A stretch of 61,334 nt of DNA, filler included. It is 14 parts of 14 records of this genome, joined end to end, with 100 filler letters (N's around TTAATTAATTAA, not from the genome) between each part and the next. Parts side by side here need not be neighbours in the genome. Positions count along the whole stretch, not along the records: positions 36,149 to 39,347 come from SRR15195285_6707; positions 39,448 to 44,236 come from SRR15195285_6715; positions 44,337 to 50,229 come from SRR15195285_6721; 11 more parts are not named here. One strand, given 5' to 3'. Below, piece by piece: positions 36,333 to 47,500 of the stretch (its first letter is position 1; each line of letters starts with the position of its first letter). The notes under the pieces were generated by a model that had not been told where the DNA came from, searched no databases, and saw nothing but the letters and a program-made list of their open reading frames with translations. A program made the position numbers and the translations under genes.

Positions 36333-39241
36333 ATGCGCGAGAGAGGGCCAGCAGCAGCAGGGCCTGCACCCGACTCGTCGTCGCTCGACTCATCGCTGCA
36401 CGGTTGGGCGCGGCTGCTGCAGACCGCTACGCACAAATTCATCAATGAGGCTGGGTCGGATCGGATTTCGTACGTCTGCTCGTCTGATTGACTAAACAAT
36501 TTTCTCGATCTAGCCAGTCATGTTGTAGGAAGTCATCTGAAAAACGAGCTGGTCGGTCGGAGCAGGTATGTCGACATGGACCGCCTAGCTAAATCGATGA
36601 CGGAGCGCGCGATGCATACAGAGACATCGCTGCTGGATATGGATATGGTTAAAGGCTCTTCCATGCGCAAGCGATGGGTCGAGCGAAGATTAAATTCAAT
36701 CGCGACGCAACGGATAATTCTCATGCCGCTGCACTCACGCTACTGGGCATCGCAGCTAGGTTGGGGTATTGCGGCGCCGCTCGCACTGCTCTGGGTGATG
36801 TACTTTTCGCTGCTGTACTCACGAAGTATCCGGTCAACAATTTGGATACCAGGACGGGCACAGCACCTTGACCTGTGGTCACTCGGCAAGGACGCTGATC
36901 TGGAGCTGTTTTCGTACGTCTGGCTGTTGCCTTGCGCGCTCCCTTGCGGTCTCGCTTGCGAGGGTGCACGCTGACACCTCGTCTGTGGTTTGTCTGGCGG
37001 TCAGACCTGCTGCTATGTTGATCATTCTAGGACTGACATATGGCGCGTACGCGGTCGAGACCCGCGTGGCTACGTTGACAAAGCGTGGCGCTGGTGCCGA
37101 CGCAGCCCAAGGGTGCAAGAGACAAAAGCTGGGCCGCGACAAATCTAGTACTTCGCTGATCAACGAGACTGACACTGACTCGAGCGCGTCTGATTCGAGT
37201 GATGGGTCAGATTCTGACGATGAGATTGCCGAAGGGGCGCCGATCCCGACGGAGGATGCTACTACTATTCGTAAACGAAGTGCAGCCCGGCAAGTTGAAC
37301 CTAGCACAGTCGTCGAAACCGACAGTGGCTGCGCAACTTCGTCGTCAGGCGAGCGGCTGGACACTGAGACGGTAGTGCAAAAGCCATCCGGACGCCAAGG
37401 CGGTTCACCTCCAGGCATGGTGCGCGTTATACACGCCATCGCTTCAAACACTCCCGTCCTGACATTTTGTGGATGGTTGGTACAACAGGGTCGTGCATCC
37501 ATCTCATCTCGTGGGGCCATTCGGGCGACGATTTGGGAGCAGGCGACTGACGAAGAAAGAAATATGCCTTTCGTTGTAGGTGAGCGTGCGGGTTCGAAGC
37601 GCTACATGGACCTTCAAGACATCGGTCGAATTATCTCAACGAGGGTTAGAGAGCAGCGCCTGAACACTCGGTATTTGCGGGCAGCGGCAGCCTGTACTGT
37701 GATCATAGTGCTGGGGCCGCTGCTTCACCGGCTGCAGCCGGAGCTGCAGCAGATCTGGGTACTTGATAGCAGATTAACAGTTCGTTGTTGCTGACCAAAC
37801 TTGATTTTAACAAAATTCTATCTGGCGACCACCGTGCGAAAATATCATTGCTAAACTGCTGTTGAAACAGGGAGAGGTATCCATGCTCGAGCTGGGGTCT
37901 TGGCACACGCAACCAGCAGTCATACTGCGTCAGCAGCTCGGTACGTGATTTCAAAATGTGCGCTTTTCAACTATTGAATGGACGTCAAGTTGTTCCTGAA
38001 CTTGTCGAGATAACGCCATATAAACACAGCTGCTTTGTGTGACAGGTCCAGTGCCAACAAGCACCCTCTGCGCAACTGTCGTGTGTCTAGTGGCGAAAAC
38101 TGTCTGCACCGCAGGTGTGCTTTTGCATTTGGCCGTAATCGAACGGTGTGAAAGTCAGCGCTGCCTTCGGGCCAAATATTTCGCCGCACTCACAAGTCGT
38201 GGCAAGTCCCGGCGTTTTGGGGTGCCACATCTTCGCTTACACACGGTTGAGAACGTTCGAATGTGGCTTGCGCTCCGCTCACACTTACGTCATCATGGCC
38301 CGCAGCGAGCATCGATTGCTATCGTCGGCCGCTGCTGCACAGCCACTCTCGTGCTGACGTTGATCACCACTGTCCGTTTCCTTGAGTGGAGCTCTGCTGT
38401 GAAGATAAAGGGCCACACGCATGATGCATCCACGCCGACGGCAGCAGCTGCCGCTGCAGTTGCAGCGGCAGCAGCAGCTGTCACGGATGAAGATGGGTCG
38501 GAACATAGCCAGGAAATTGTGCAACTGCTGAATTCCTGCATCAAGACGTCATCACATGTCAACGTGCAGAGTGGTATTCGACACTGATCTGCAACTGGTT
38601 TGGACAGAGAAATGTTGCGTTTGCTCAGCTATTCTCGGGGATAGGAACATATCAAACGGCTGCACGGTCCAGGTACACACGAGTTCCTGCAAGGGTCTGC
38701 GTTGAACTTTGATTTGGTGAAGAAGTCCCCTTTACCCACTCACAGCTAGAGGTCGCAGTTCCGAGTCATTATGTTCGTGGGGCCTGAGATACGTTGCTGC
38801 CGTTGACCAGGTGGTCTGGACTTGTGTGCTGGGATTTTTCTCTCTTCGCTTCATCCAGATTTCGCTGTACCTGAACAACAAATACAAGGCGAACATCGCA
38901 TTGCTTCTGTCTGAGCAGATGCACTGCCACATAAGAGCGCAGCACAAGCCGCATAAACGGCCTGAACTACTGTGCACGATCCAAGTGAGAAACAAATGAT
39001 GCGGCCAGCTTGCATTCTGCCTTATGGTCTGAGAGTACGGTGCCACTCGCGTGCATGCTAGGTGCTGAAAGTTGGTACAAAACTACTCAAAGAGCTCGAG
39101 GGGCCTCACAAAATTAGCGGGCTGCCAATGTCGCCGCTGTACAACTCGCTCTTCAAGCTGATTGTCCTCTCCGCCCTTTCGGCAGTCGGGTCGCAAATGC
39201 TAGGTCTCAACCTGAGGCTTTGGAAAATCAACGTACTATGA
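36333..39241 (+). CDS. PHTF: PHTF (putative homeodomain transcription factor)-family membrane protein, multi-exon; start uncertain
   Basis: LLDMDMVKGS; VPHLRLHTVENVRMWLALRSHLRHHGPQR; LLLSEQMH..KPHKRPEL; the last exon VLKVGTKLLKELEGPHKISGL..LGLNLRLWKI closely resembles the animal PHTF1/2 C-terminus. Confidence 0.85.
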
Positions 39242-39323
39242 CCATCGGCAATATTTAGATGTACAAGGCATGGAGAGTCAGCACAGTTCAGAACTAGACA
39301 TTCTAGGGACATCAGCCTTCACA

Positions 39324-39347
39324 CAGGGCATACGGCCGTATGCCCTG
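39324..39347. repeat. Perfect 24-bp palindrome at a contig end
   Basis: CAGGGCATACGGCCGTATGCCCTG equals its own reverse complement. Confidence 0.9.
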
Positions 39348-39679
39348 NNNNNNNNNNNNNNNNNNNNNNNNNNNNNNNNNNNNNNNNNNNNTTAATTAAT
39401 TAANNNNNNNNNNNNNNNNNNNNNNNNNNNNNNNNNNNNNNNNNNNNTCTTGGAGTTCTTGGGTCGACCCATGAGCTTCCTGGGCCGCGGGAGTTCTTGG
39501 GTCGTAACACATGCATCATCAGTTTTCACCACGGACCACGCGGACGACGGACCAATCCGGCGGGCGGATCGGAGTCCGGGGAGTGCCTGCGACGGGCGGC
39601 GCCGGGTCAGCGATTAAATGATGGATGTGCGCGTGCATTGGCCACGGATGATGGGACCCTGAGGCAGGCGGTGGCGGCG

Positions 39680-41644
39680 ATGCCGACTTTGCACGGGCGA
39701 GGCCTGCACGCGGATGTGCTGGTGGGGCTGCAGAGGCAGTACCCGGGACACAGCGTCGCCACGCTCGAGCGTGCCGTGAACTACAACGGTGGGTCGGTCG
39801 AGGCGTCGAGGCGGATGATCAGCGCCGTGGAGGTCGGGGACGAAGACCGCTGCAGGCCTTCGCCGCGCTCGCTGCTCCCGGCGGATGGGTGGAAGACGGA
39901 CTTCGTGCCGGACCCGTTCGTCCTGCCGCCCGACGCTGACCAGATCCAATCGCTCCCCTCGCGCCAGTACCAGCTTGGCACCGAAAAAAACTACTTCGAC
40001 GAGCTGCAGCACTGCCTGGACAAGGCCGTCCTGGCAGCACAGAACAGAAAGAACGCCGCAAAGATGGGGGCGCGACCTCCCCGACCCCGATCGGCGATGA
40101 TAGAGCGACCCTGGCAGCGACGTCCAGCCAAGAATGATGTCCCGCCACCCGAGTGGCACGACACACGCTCGCCCTGCGTGCTGTGCCGCCGCAAGTCGAC
40201 GCACGTGCAGCCGGTGCTCACAACTGTGGCGGAGGGCCTCTGCGCAGCTTGCCACGCGTACTATGTCTCCCTCGGTGCGGGTGACCGGCCGGACCTCAGC
40301 TGGCTGCGGTGGGAGCACGATGGAGTCATCCCTGAGCCAGAGCCCGAAGTGGTCTCCCCGTCGTCTGAGCGGCGGCGCTCATCAGGCATGACGCAGCATG
40401 GCACCCGCGCGACTAAGCCTGGTTTCAAGCCTGGGTTGGTGGCAGGGGCAGCCGCACGGCGGCACCAGGCGGCAATTCAGGAGGCGCGACGGCTACGAGA
40501 GGAGAGCAGCACCTCACCGAGCGGGCGAAACCCCGCAGTTGGAGGCAGGTCCGGGAGGCCAAGGTCGGCGACGTCGTTCTCATCATCCAAGGAGCAAGCG
40601 GCACAAACTAAATCCGAAGTGGCTCGGTTCAGAGCAAAGGCAGCGAGGCAGAAGCGTGAAAAACAGGAGTCCGACGAAGCCGTCAAAGCCCGACGGGCTG
40701 CGATTGGGCGACGATTAGCCGCTGCGACCGTGCCAAGGAATGTTGGCCGTGGAACTGCCGCAGAAAAATCCAGCTCGACGGTGAAGGGGACGACACCAGG
40801 TAGCCCGCGCCTTGCTGCCAAGGGGAAAAGTTTGGAGGTTCGACGCAGTGGTAGACAAGCTCCCAAAACTGCGATGCCAAGAGAGCCAGCGGACACACAC
40901 ACAGCTCGGAGGTCCTCCTCCACTGTGTCGTCGCCTCCTCTGTCGCCTTCGGCCTCCTCCGCGGAGCTCGACAGCAACAGCAGCAGTGAGAAGATCAATA
41001 ACAGCGACCTGGCTGAAGCTGAAGAGCAGATGCGGGCTGCAGAAGAAGCTGCTGCGGCGGCTCATGTAGTTATCACAAACCCGGAGGCTTGGGAGTCTTT
41101 TCGTGCCATCGTCTGCTACCACGAGGGCAGCCCTTCGGCGGCAAAGCCAGCGTCGCGACATGCAGCTGTGTCATTCGAGGCCATTCGAGGATATCTCACG
41201 AGTCTCGGGGAAGTAGAATTTGCAGCATCAAGAGCAGCGGTGGACTGCTTCGCACCGGGAGCATCGCCGACACGTGGAACTCCACGAGGCAGTCACATCG
41301 AAGCCGCGCTGGCAGCGGTGGAGCAGTCAGGTGGTGTCACTTTCAAGCTCTTCCTCAGCGGCTACCAGTCCTGGCAAAACGCTCGAGGGGTGCATCGCAA
41401 CCGAGCGGCTCGATTGGTCCAAGATATGGAAGATCGCTCGGCTGTCCGGAGCAAGGAAAAGCTCGTGAAGCGGATCGATTTGCTTGTCAGGAAAATGGCC
41501 CGAGACGACAGCAGAGCAGACGGCAGAGTGTGTGTGGAGGGTGGATTGCAGCGTATTGTCGGTGCTATATCACAAGCAGCGTTCACAGACGGCCTGGCGT
41601 CAGCACAGGGCTCCCCGCCCCCCCGGCGTGGCTTCTTCTTCTGA
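39680..41644 (+). CDS. Unknown protein with a CUE-like N-terminus and a long basic disordered middle region; may splice on to ~41970
   Basis: Long ORF; LQRQYPGHSVATLERAVNYNGGSVEA resembles CUE; CxxC..CxxC pair. Confidence 0.55.
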   Translation: MPTLHGRGLHADVLVGLQRQYPGHSVATLERAVNYNGGSVEASRRMISAVEVGDEDRCRPSPRSLLPADGWKTDFVPDPFVLPPDADQIQSLPSRQYQLGTEKNYFDELQHCLDKAVLAAQNRKNAAKMGARPPRPRSAMIERPWQRRPAKNDVPPPEWHDTRSPCVLCRRKSTHVQPVLTTVAEGLCAACHAYYVSLGAGDRPDLSWLRWEHDGVIPEPEPEVVSPSSERRRSSGMTQHGTRATKPGFKPGLVAGAAARRHQAAIQEARRLREESSTSPSGRNPAVGGRSGRPRSATSFSSSKEQAAQTKSEVARFRAKAARQKREKQESDEAVKARRAAIGRRLAAATVPRNVGRGTAAEKSSSTVKGTTPGSPRLAAKGKSLEVRRSGRQAPKTAMPREPADTHTARRSSSTVSSPPLSPSASSAELDSNSSSEKINNSDLAEAEEQMRAAEEAAAAAHVVITNPEAWESFRAIVCYHEGSPSAAKPASRHAAVSFEAIRGYLTSLGEVEFAASRAAVDCFAPGASPTRGTPRGSHIEAALAAVEQSGGVTFKLFLSGYQSWQNARGVHRNRAARLVQDMEDRSAVRSKEKLVKRIDLLVRKMARDDSRADGRVCVEGGLQRIVGAISQAAFTDGLASAQGSPPPRRGFFF

Positions 41645-42148
41645 CACGAGCATGGATCCAGCGATGCTCAGCGAGGTCAAGCGTACGTCGAAGAAAATCG
41701 GTGGTGATATCGGCGACGGGGTGTCTGTCACCCACGCTGCCTTGGCTGACATGTTGCTAGACGTATTCGAAGGGGATTTTAAGACTCTTACCAGCGTGGA
41801 GAACATCCTTAGGTAGTTATCTCACACGTAGACGCATGAGCGATCAGGGGCAACTGACAAGGGAAGCTCAGAGGGAGGCAGAGTACCAGCCTACCACGGG
41901 GAGAGAACCCTCGCACCTCAGAACTGCGCAGAGCTGCTCGTCAGGTCCAAGGCTGTGTCCAGGAGATGACGGCCTGAAAGACCATTCTATGCATGTGCGT
42001 GATGCATAGGTAATCTCAGAAAGGAGCAGCTGGTTTACCGAAAAACTTGAAATTGTTTGAATTCTTCCACTATCGACCTGTGCCCTAATAAAAGTTTTGC
42101 ACCACAGCCATCATGCCATTTGCATGTGCTGTCCTGTTCGCCCCAACA

Positions 42149-43855
42149 TCACAGGTCTCTCCCTGATGTTTTCTCCTTCTGTTCAGCTCTCCATTCTTTC
42201 CGTGCTTTCGCCGCTGCCCTAACATCGCTTGGCTCCCGCTTGCCTGCGAGCACTTGGCGCACAAATCGACCGAAGCTTTTCGTGGTGAGCGGCAGATCAC
42301 CAGGCTCCATTACGAATTTCTGGTCTGTGTTCGTGTAATGGATGACGGCGATCGGTGCTTCTTTCGGGCGAAGCTTGAATGCTTTCATCGCGTCTGCGCA
42401 GCTGTTTGTGTTGGCAACGTATGTTTCAATTGGCGGTTCGGCACCAACTTCACCTTTCAGCAAGATCTCGCGCGTGACCGCATTGGCGAGGTTCTCAATC
42501 TTCTTGTGCTGAGTGGCCTCGTCGTTGTAGAAGATGATCGCGACAGGGTGCCTGGAGTTGAAGATCTTATTGATCTGCGACTTGTCCAGCAAGTTCATCT
42601 CGAACACCCCCATGAACGCCATGCCACCACTCCCTGCCTTCCCGTCTGCTGATTTCTGGCCCTTGGTTCCACCGCTCCATTCCGCGAAATAGGTTACCCC
42701 GCTCTCCGGCGCAGCAAGGACGTCTAAATGCGCGACCTCGCCCAGGAACAGCTCAACCCGTCTGCGACTGACTGGACCCTGAGAGAAGCCTCCGAAATCC
42801 ATTGGTGTCGGTATGACTTCCTTCGGCCCGTCCTTTGATAAGCCAGCGAATGTCTTCCAGTCCGCCGACAGCGGAGGCAACACCGAGTGTGCCTTGAGCC
42901 GGTCACCTAGCTCAGCGTCGGGAATAAAATGACAGTTGGGTTCCAGCGGCTTCTCCGTTTCCCAAGACGTAACAATGGTGTGCCGATACGCGCCAGCAGG
43001 CACCGGGACCGCCGCCATATCGTGTGGAGCACCATGGTGTAAATCACCGCGATGGATGCAGTGCTTGTTTCGCTTCGGGTAGACAAGCCAGCCTGATGTG
43101 GGGATTGTCGGCGCATCAACGTTTCCATTGCGTATTGTGGTCTGGTTGAGCACCAGCGTAGGCGCACCCCAATCTTCAAGATGTGTAACCCCAACGAGTG
43201 GCGGAGGCACCATCTTTTGTTGGTCAGATGCCCTGCCTTCATCTTTGTCTGTAAGTAGCAGGCAGCCGTGTTAGGCAGCTAGCCAACCCGTAGCACTGAC
43301 TGACAGGTGGATGTTGCTGAGTGAACCAACCCAGCGGCACATGCGAGCGCTAGCGCGCGTACCGTAATGGAAGTTCACGTTCTCTTCCGTTGTCCGACGC
43401 TGCACCCAGTACTTGCAGCCGACAATCCCGAACCCCTTGGCGCCGCCGAGCTCCTTCGGAAAAGTCAACTGCATCAGCAGTATGAAATGCAGTCAGCACG
43501 GCACAGCCGAACGGTGCCAGTCAGGTCGTACCTCCTCCAGCAGTTTGACAGCCCGCTCGACTGCGCAGCGAGGCTCGCGTTCACGGTCAAGCCAGAATGT
43601 CACGCGCTTGCTGTTGCGAAGCGCCCCGCTCCCTTTCGCGATGGAATCTAGCGGCTCCAGCTCCTTGTACAGTGCCTCCAGCATCTGCTCGTCGAAAATA
43701 TTCTCGAAGTTTCGCACGAGCGATTCTGGAGTGCCCCGTTCAGTCCCAGGCAGCGGCTGGTACTTCTTGAGGTACTCATCCCCGTACCCCGACACTTCCA
43801 CCGCCGCGCACACATGGATCGCTCCCGCCAGCAAGCCCATCCGACTGAGGATCAT
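42149..43855 (-). CDS. Secretory 2OG-Fe(II) oxygenase-like protein with C-terminal thioredoxin-like (PDI b'-like) domain; 3 exons
   Basis: Signal-like MILSRMGLLAGAIHVCAA; spliced YWVQ..FHY|DKDE ... GDLHHG; C-terminal PVAIIFY..AMKAFKL..PIAVIH..FVRQVLAGK; ends GRDL. Confidence 0.65.
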
Positions 43856-44526
43856 CCTCTCACGCACCAAGCCCACACCCGCCCACTTGCCCTCCCACAA
43901 CTGCACCGCCACCGTCAAATCTCTCCCCCCGCTCGCCTCAAACACCCCCCTCCCCAAGCGTGGCGCCCGCAGAGCTCAGACCACAGCGGCTCGGCGCGAG
44001 CACATCATAGTAGGATCCTTTTCACAAACAGGCACAAACTGATTCAGAGACTTATGCACCAGATGAATAGCTAGTATCGGTGCGCACTGACCAGCTGATC
44101 TTGAGCGGGAGCGCGGCCGCCCTGGCCCTCCTCGACGAGCCCGTTGAGAAATCAGAGGCTACTACTTGATCTTGTAGGTCTCTGATTCTCTCCTCAGTGG
44201 GACATCGGACAATCACACCGTTTTTGTTGCAGGCCGNNNNNNNNNNNNNNNNNNNNNNNNNNNNNNNNNNNNNNNNNNNNTTAATTAATTAANNNNNNNN
44301 NNNNNNNNNNNNNNNNNNNNNNNNNNNNNNNNNNNNGTCAAATCACTCATTTCAACCTGGGTACAACAGTACATGTGGGATCCTACAGCCGTCTACGCGC
44401 GGGCGACGACGCCGTCTAGCTACTGCCGCGCGCGGGGCCAGAGGGCGCTCCGCCCGATCCGGCGGCGGCGCCGCCGGATCCGAGCGCTGCGCGCGTGCGT
44501 ATCGGTGCTTCCGGCTGCTTCCGGGG

Positions 44527-47500
44527 ATGCTGCTGTTCGCAAGGACGGTGTTGGTTGCGTTGGCGCTGTTTGCTCCGCATCAAGTCGCTGCCTCTCCGTC
44601 AGAGGAAGCGATCGAAGCCGTCGTCGCCAAAATGCTTGGCAATATGACCATGGCACAGAAGGCCCGGCAGCTCGTGTACGTAATCGCCCTCAATTCGCGC
44701 GACTCCCTCACACATCACCAGCACCATCCCACACGCACGCGCGCCCCTCCATCTCTCGCTTCTAGAGTTCTCGATGGCACCCTAGCCTGCCTGGTGCATC
44801 CACTCAACTACTGTCCGTGCTACTCGCTCTGGTCCTGTGTACACGTGGCTTTCGCTCAGGCTGGAGGACATTGGCACGGTAATGACCAACGGAAACTTCG
44901 ACAGCGCAAAGGCGAAGGCTTACATGAAAGACCTCGGCGTGGGCAAGTTTGACTCCTATGGCCGCAATACGGACTCAATTTTTGGAAATCAAGTTCAGAG
45001 AGCCATCCTCGAGTCCTCCGAAGGTATCGGTGGGATCAAAGGGGGCATCGGTGGGATTCTGAGCGAGGAGTGCCAGCACGGGGTGCAAGGCGACTGGCAT
45101 ACAATATTCCCGTCACCTTACACCATCGCGGCGACGTTCGATCGCCAGCTGCTCGGGCTCATTGGCGAAGTCATTGGCACAGAGGCGCGCGCCGGCGGCA
45201 CGGCGGAATGCTGGTCCCCGGTCTGCGGTCTCGCACGTGAACCACGTTGGTGTGTACATCTCATGCCACTCCTCCGGCGAACCCCTGGCAAACGCGTTCT
45301 GTGACCGGCTGCATCATTTGACCCGCTTTGCGATCCACAGGGGCCGCTCCGAGGAAGAGATGTGAGGATCAGAGGAGATTTGCTCCCCCAGAGGGTCTAA
45401 CCCGCAACGTTTACCTCGATCGCCCAATGTTCGGATGTCTAACCCACAATGTCTCTCTCGTTTGGATCTAGGGGAGAAGATACTTTCCTCGCAGGCGAGC
45501 TGGCCGCCGCTATGGTCGCTGGGATGACTGGCGCCGGCCGCAGCGCCAAGGCCGAGCTATCTGACGACACCACCGTGGCGCCACTCGTCAAGCACTACGC
45601 TGTCTACTCAATCGGCGAGTCAGGGCGAAATGCTGCCCCTGCGCACGCTGGGCGACGTGAGGTGCAGGAAACATTCTTGCCAGTGTTCGAGAAGGCCGCG
45701 AAGGCAGGAGCCCAAGGGCAAGTTTTGCTCTTTTCTCGTTAACAAACGCCGCTATTGCTAGGCTTCGCTTAACTGCAGGGGCCTTTGTGCTTTCTTTCTC
45801 AGAGCGATGAGCTCCTACAACGAGGTGGACGGAGTGCCAACGTCTGGTGACTACTGGCTCTTGACGACCCAGCTTCGGGATGAGTTTAAATTTAAAGGCT
45901 ATGTAACCTCTGACTTTGGTGCGATTTCTGGGCTTGGGACTGTCGAGAACGGTGGGCATCACGGCACCTGTGCAAGCGACGAGGATTGTGTCCAGCAGTT
46001 CATTGAGGCAGGTGGAAGCCAGAACGGCCACGACTTCGGCGATCAGTACGAAGTCCATGTCCAAAACCTTGTAAAGAAGGGGAAGATGTCCATGGCAGCC
46101 CTCGATCGGGCGGCTGGTGCGATCCTCTCAGTGAAAGCGAGGCTCGGGCTCATCCCAGGGGCATTCCCGGAGACTGCAGGTCGGTGGCTATACAGCAGGT
46201 TTTGTAGCGTGTAAGCGTGCGTGCATGCGCGTATGTACGTTGCGTGATCGTGCGTACATTTGCCATGTTGATGGATGCAGGTAAACCTGAGGCAGCACTG
46301 GTTGACGAGAAGCTGGTCCAGACGAATCTGGGTGACAACCCGAAGCATCGTGCTACCGCTGTACGTGCAGCTCAAGAAAGTGTGGTCATGCTAGCAAATG
46401 GAGGTAGCACGCTCCCACTTGACCCGACCAAGATCAAAAAGCTGCTTGTGCTTGGTGAGCAGCAATCCATATGTTTGCTCGAACCGACGCAGTGTCTTGG
46501 CGATTTATTGCGACAGGGTTTTTATTTGCATGCGGCAGGCCCCAATGCCGACGAGGTCCGCACTGGAGATTACTCTGCTGCTGGATGGGCCGGGGGCGCT
46601 CCAAATGGTGGGGGGAATATCGACAATGAAAACATGGTGACGCCGCTCGAGGGTTTGAAACTTGCATTCCCGGAGGCAGACGTTACTTGGTCTGTTGGTA
46701 CAGGCATAACTGGTTACGATGGGTAAGGGCGTCTCGCAGAAAACGCACATAAACCCTTGTAGAACATCTGGATGTGAAAGTGATTCGCGTTGCGCGTGAT
46801 AGGCCAATTCATGGTCCACACACCAGCGTCCAGCAGCAGCGTGATGTAAACCCGGCGAATACAGGGGGGATCGACCCGTTTTGGTGCGCGCAATCGCCCC
46901 GGCTTTGCGTGCGGCTGCCTACTGTTGATGTGACCCCCAAATTTGTCATCCCACGTGCGCTGTGTTTGGCCTCTACAGGACGGTGGTCCAACGACACTCG
47001 TACACTCTTGGAGCTGCATTCTCACCCACCGCACCATCCTCTCCTTACAAAAATAATTCCGCGGTACCAAAGTCACCACTCCCAGCGACGACACAGGGCC
47101 TCAGAGCATACTATTTTGCTGGAACAGACTGCACTGGCACGCCGGTCCTAACTCGTCTCGACTATGCCATCAACTTCCATTTTTTTGCACTGGGCCCCGG
47201 TATACTAGGCCCTGGCAGTTTAGCGATCTAGCTATAAGTCTATCTTGCTGGTTTTCGTGCAACGTATTGATGCCGTCTGGACTCAGACTTGAGTCTATGT
47301 TGCCACAACTTGTGACAGACCCGACACGCTTCCGGAACGGGACTTTCTGTGTACGCTGGGAGGGTACGGTGACACCTGATACTACCGTGCAAGGCGGGCA
47401 GTTTGGAATTGGCCTCGGTGAGCACTAGCGCAAGACTTTTGTTCAGTTGCTTAGTTGCTGCACACGGAGGTGGTTTGCTGGACCCTGAGGTGTTTTGCTA

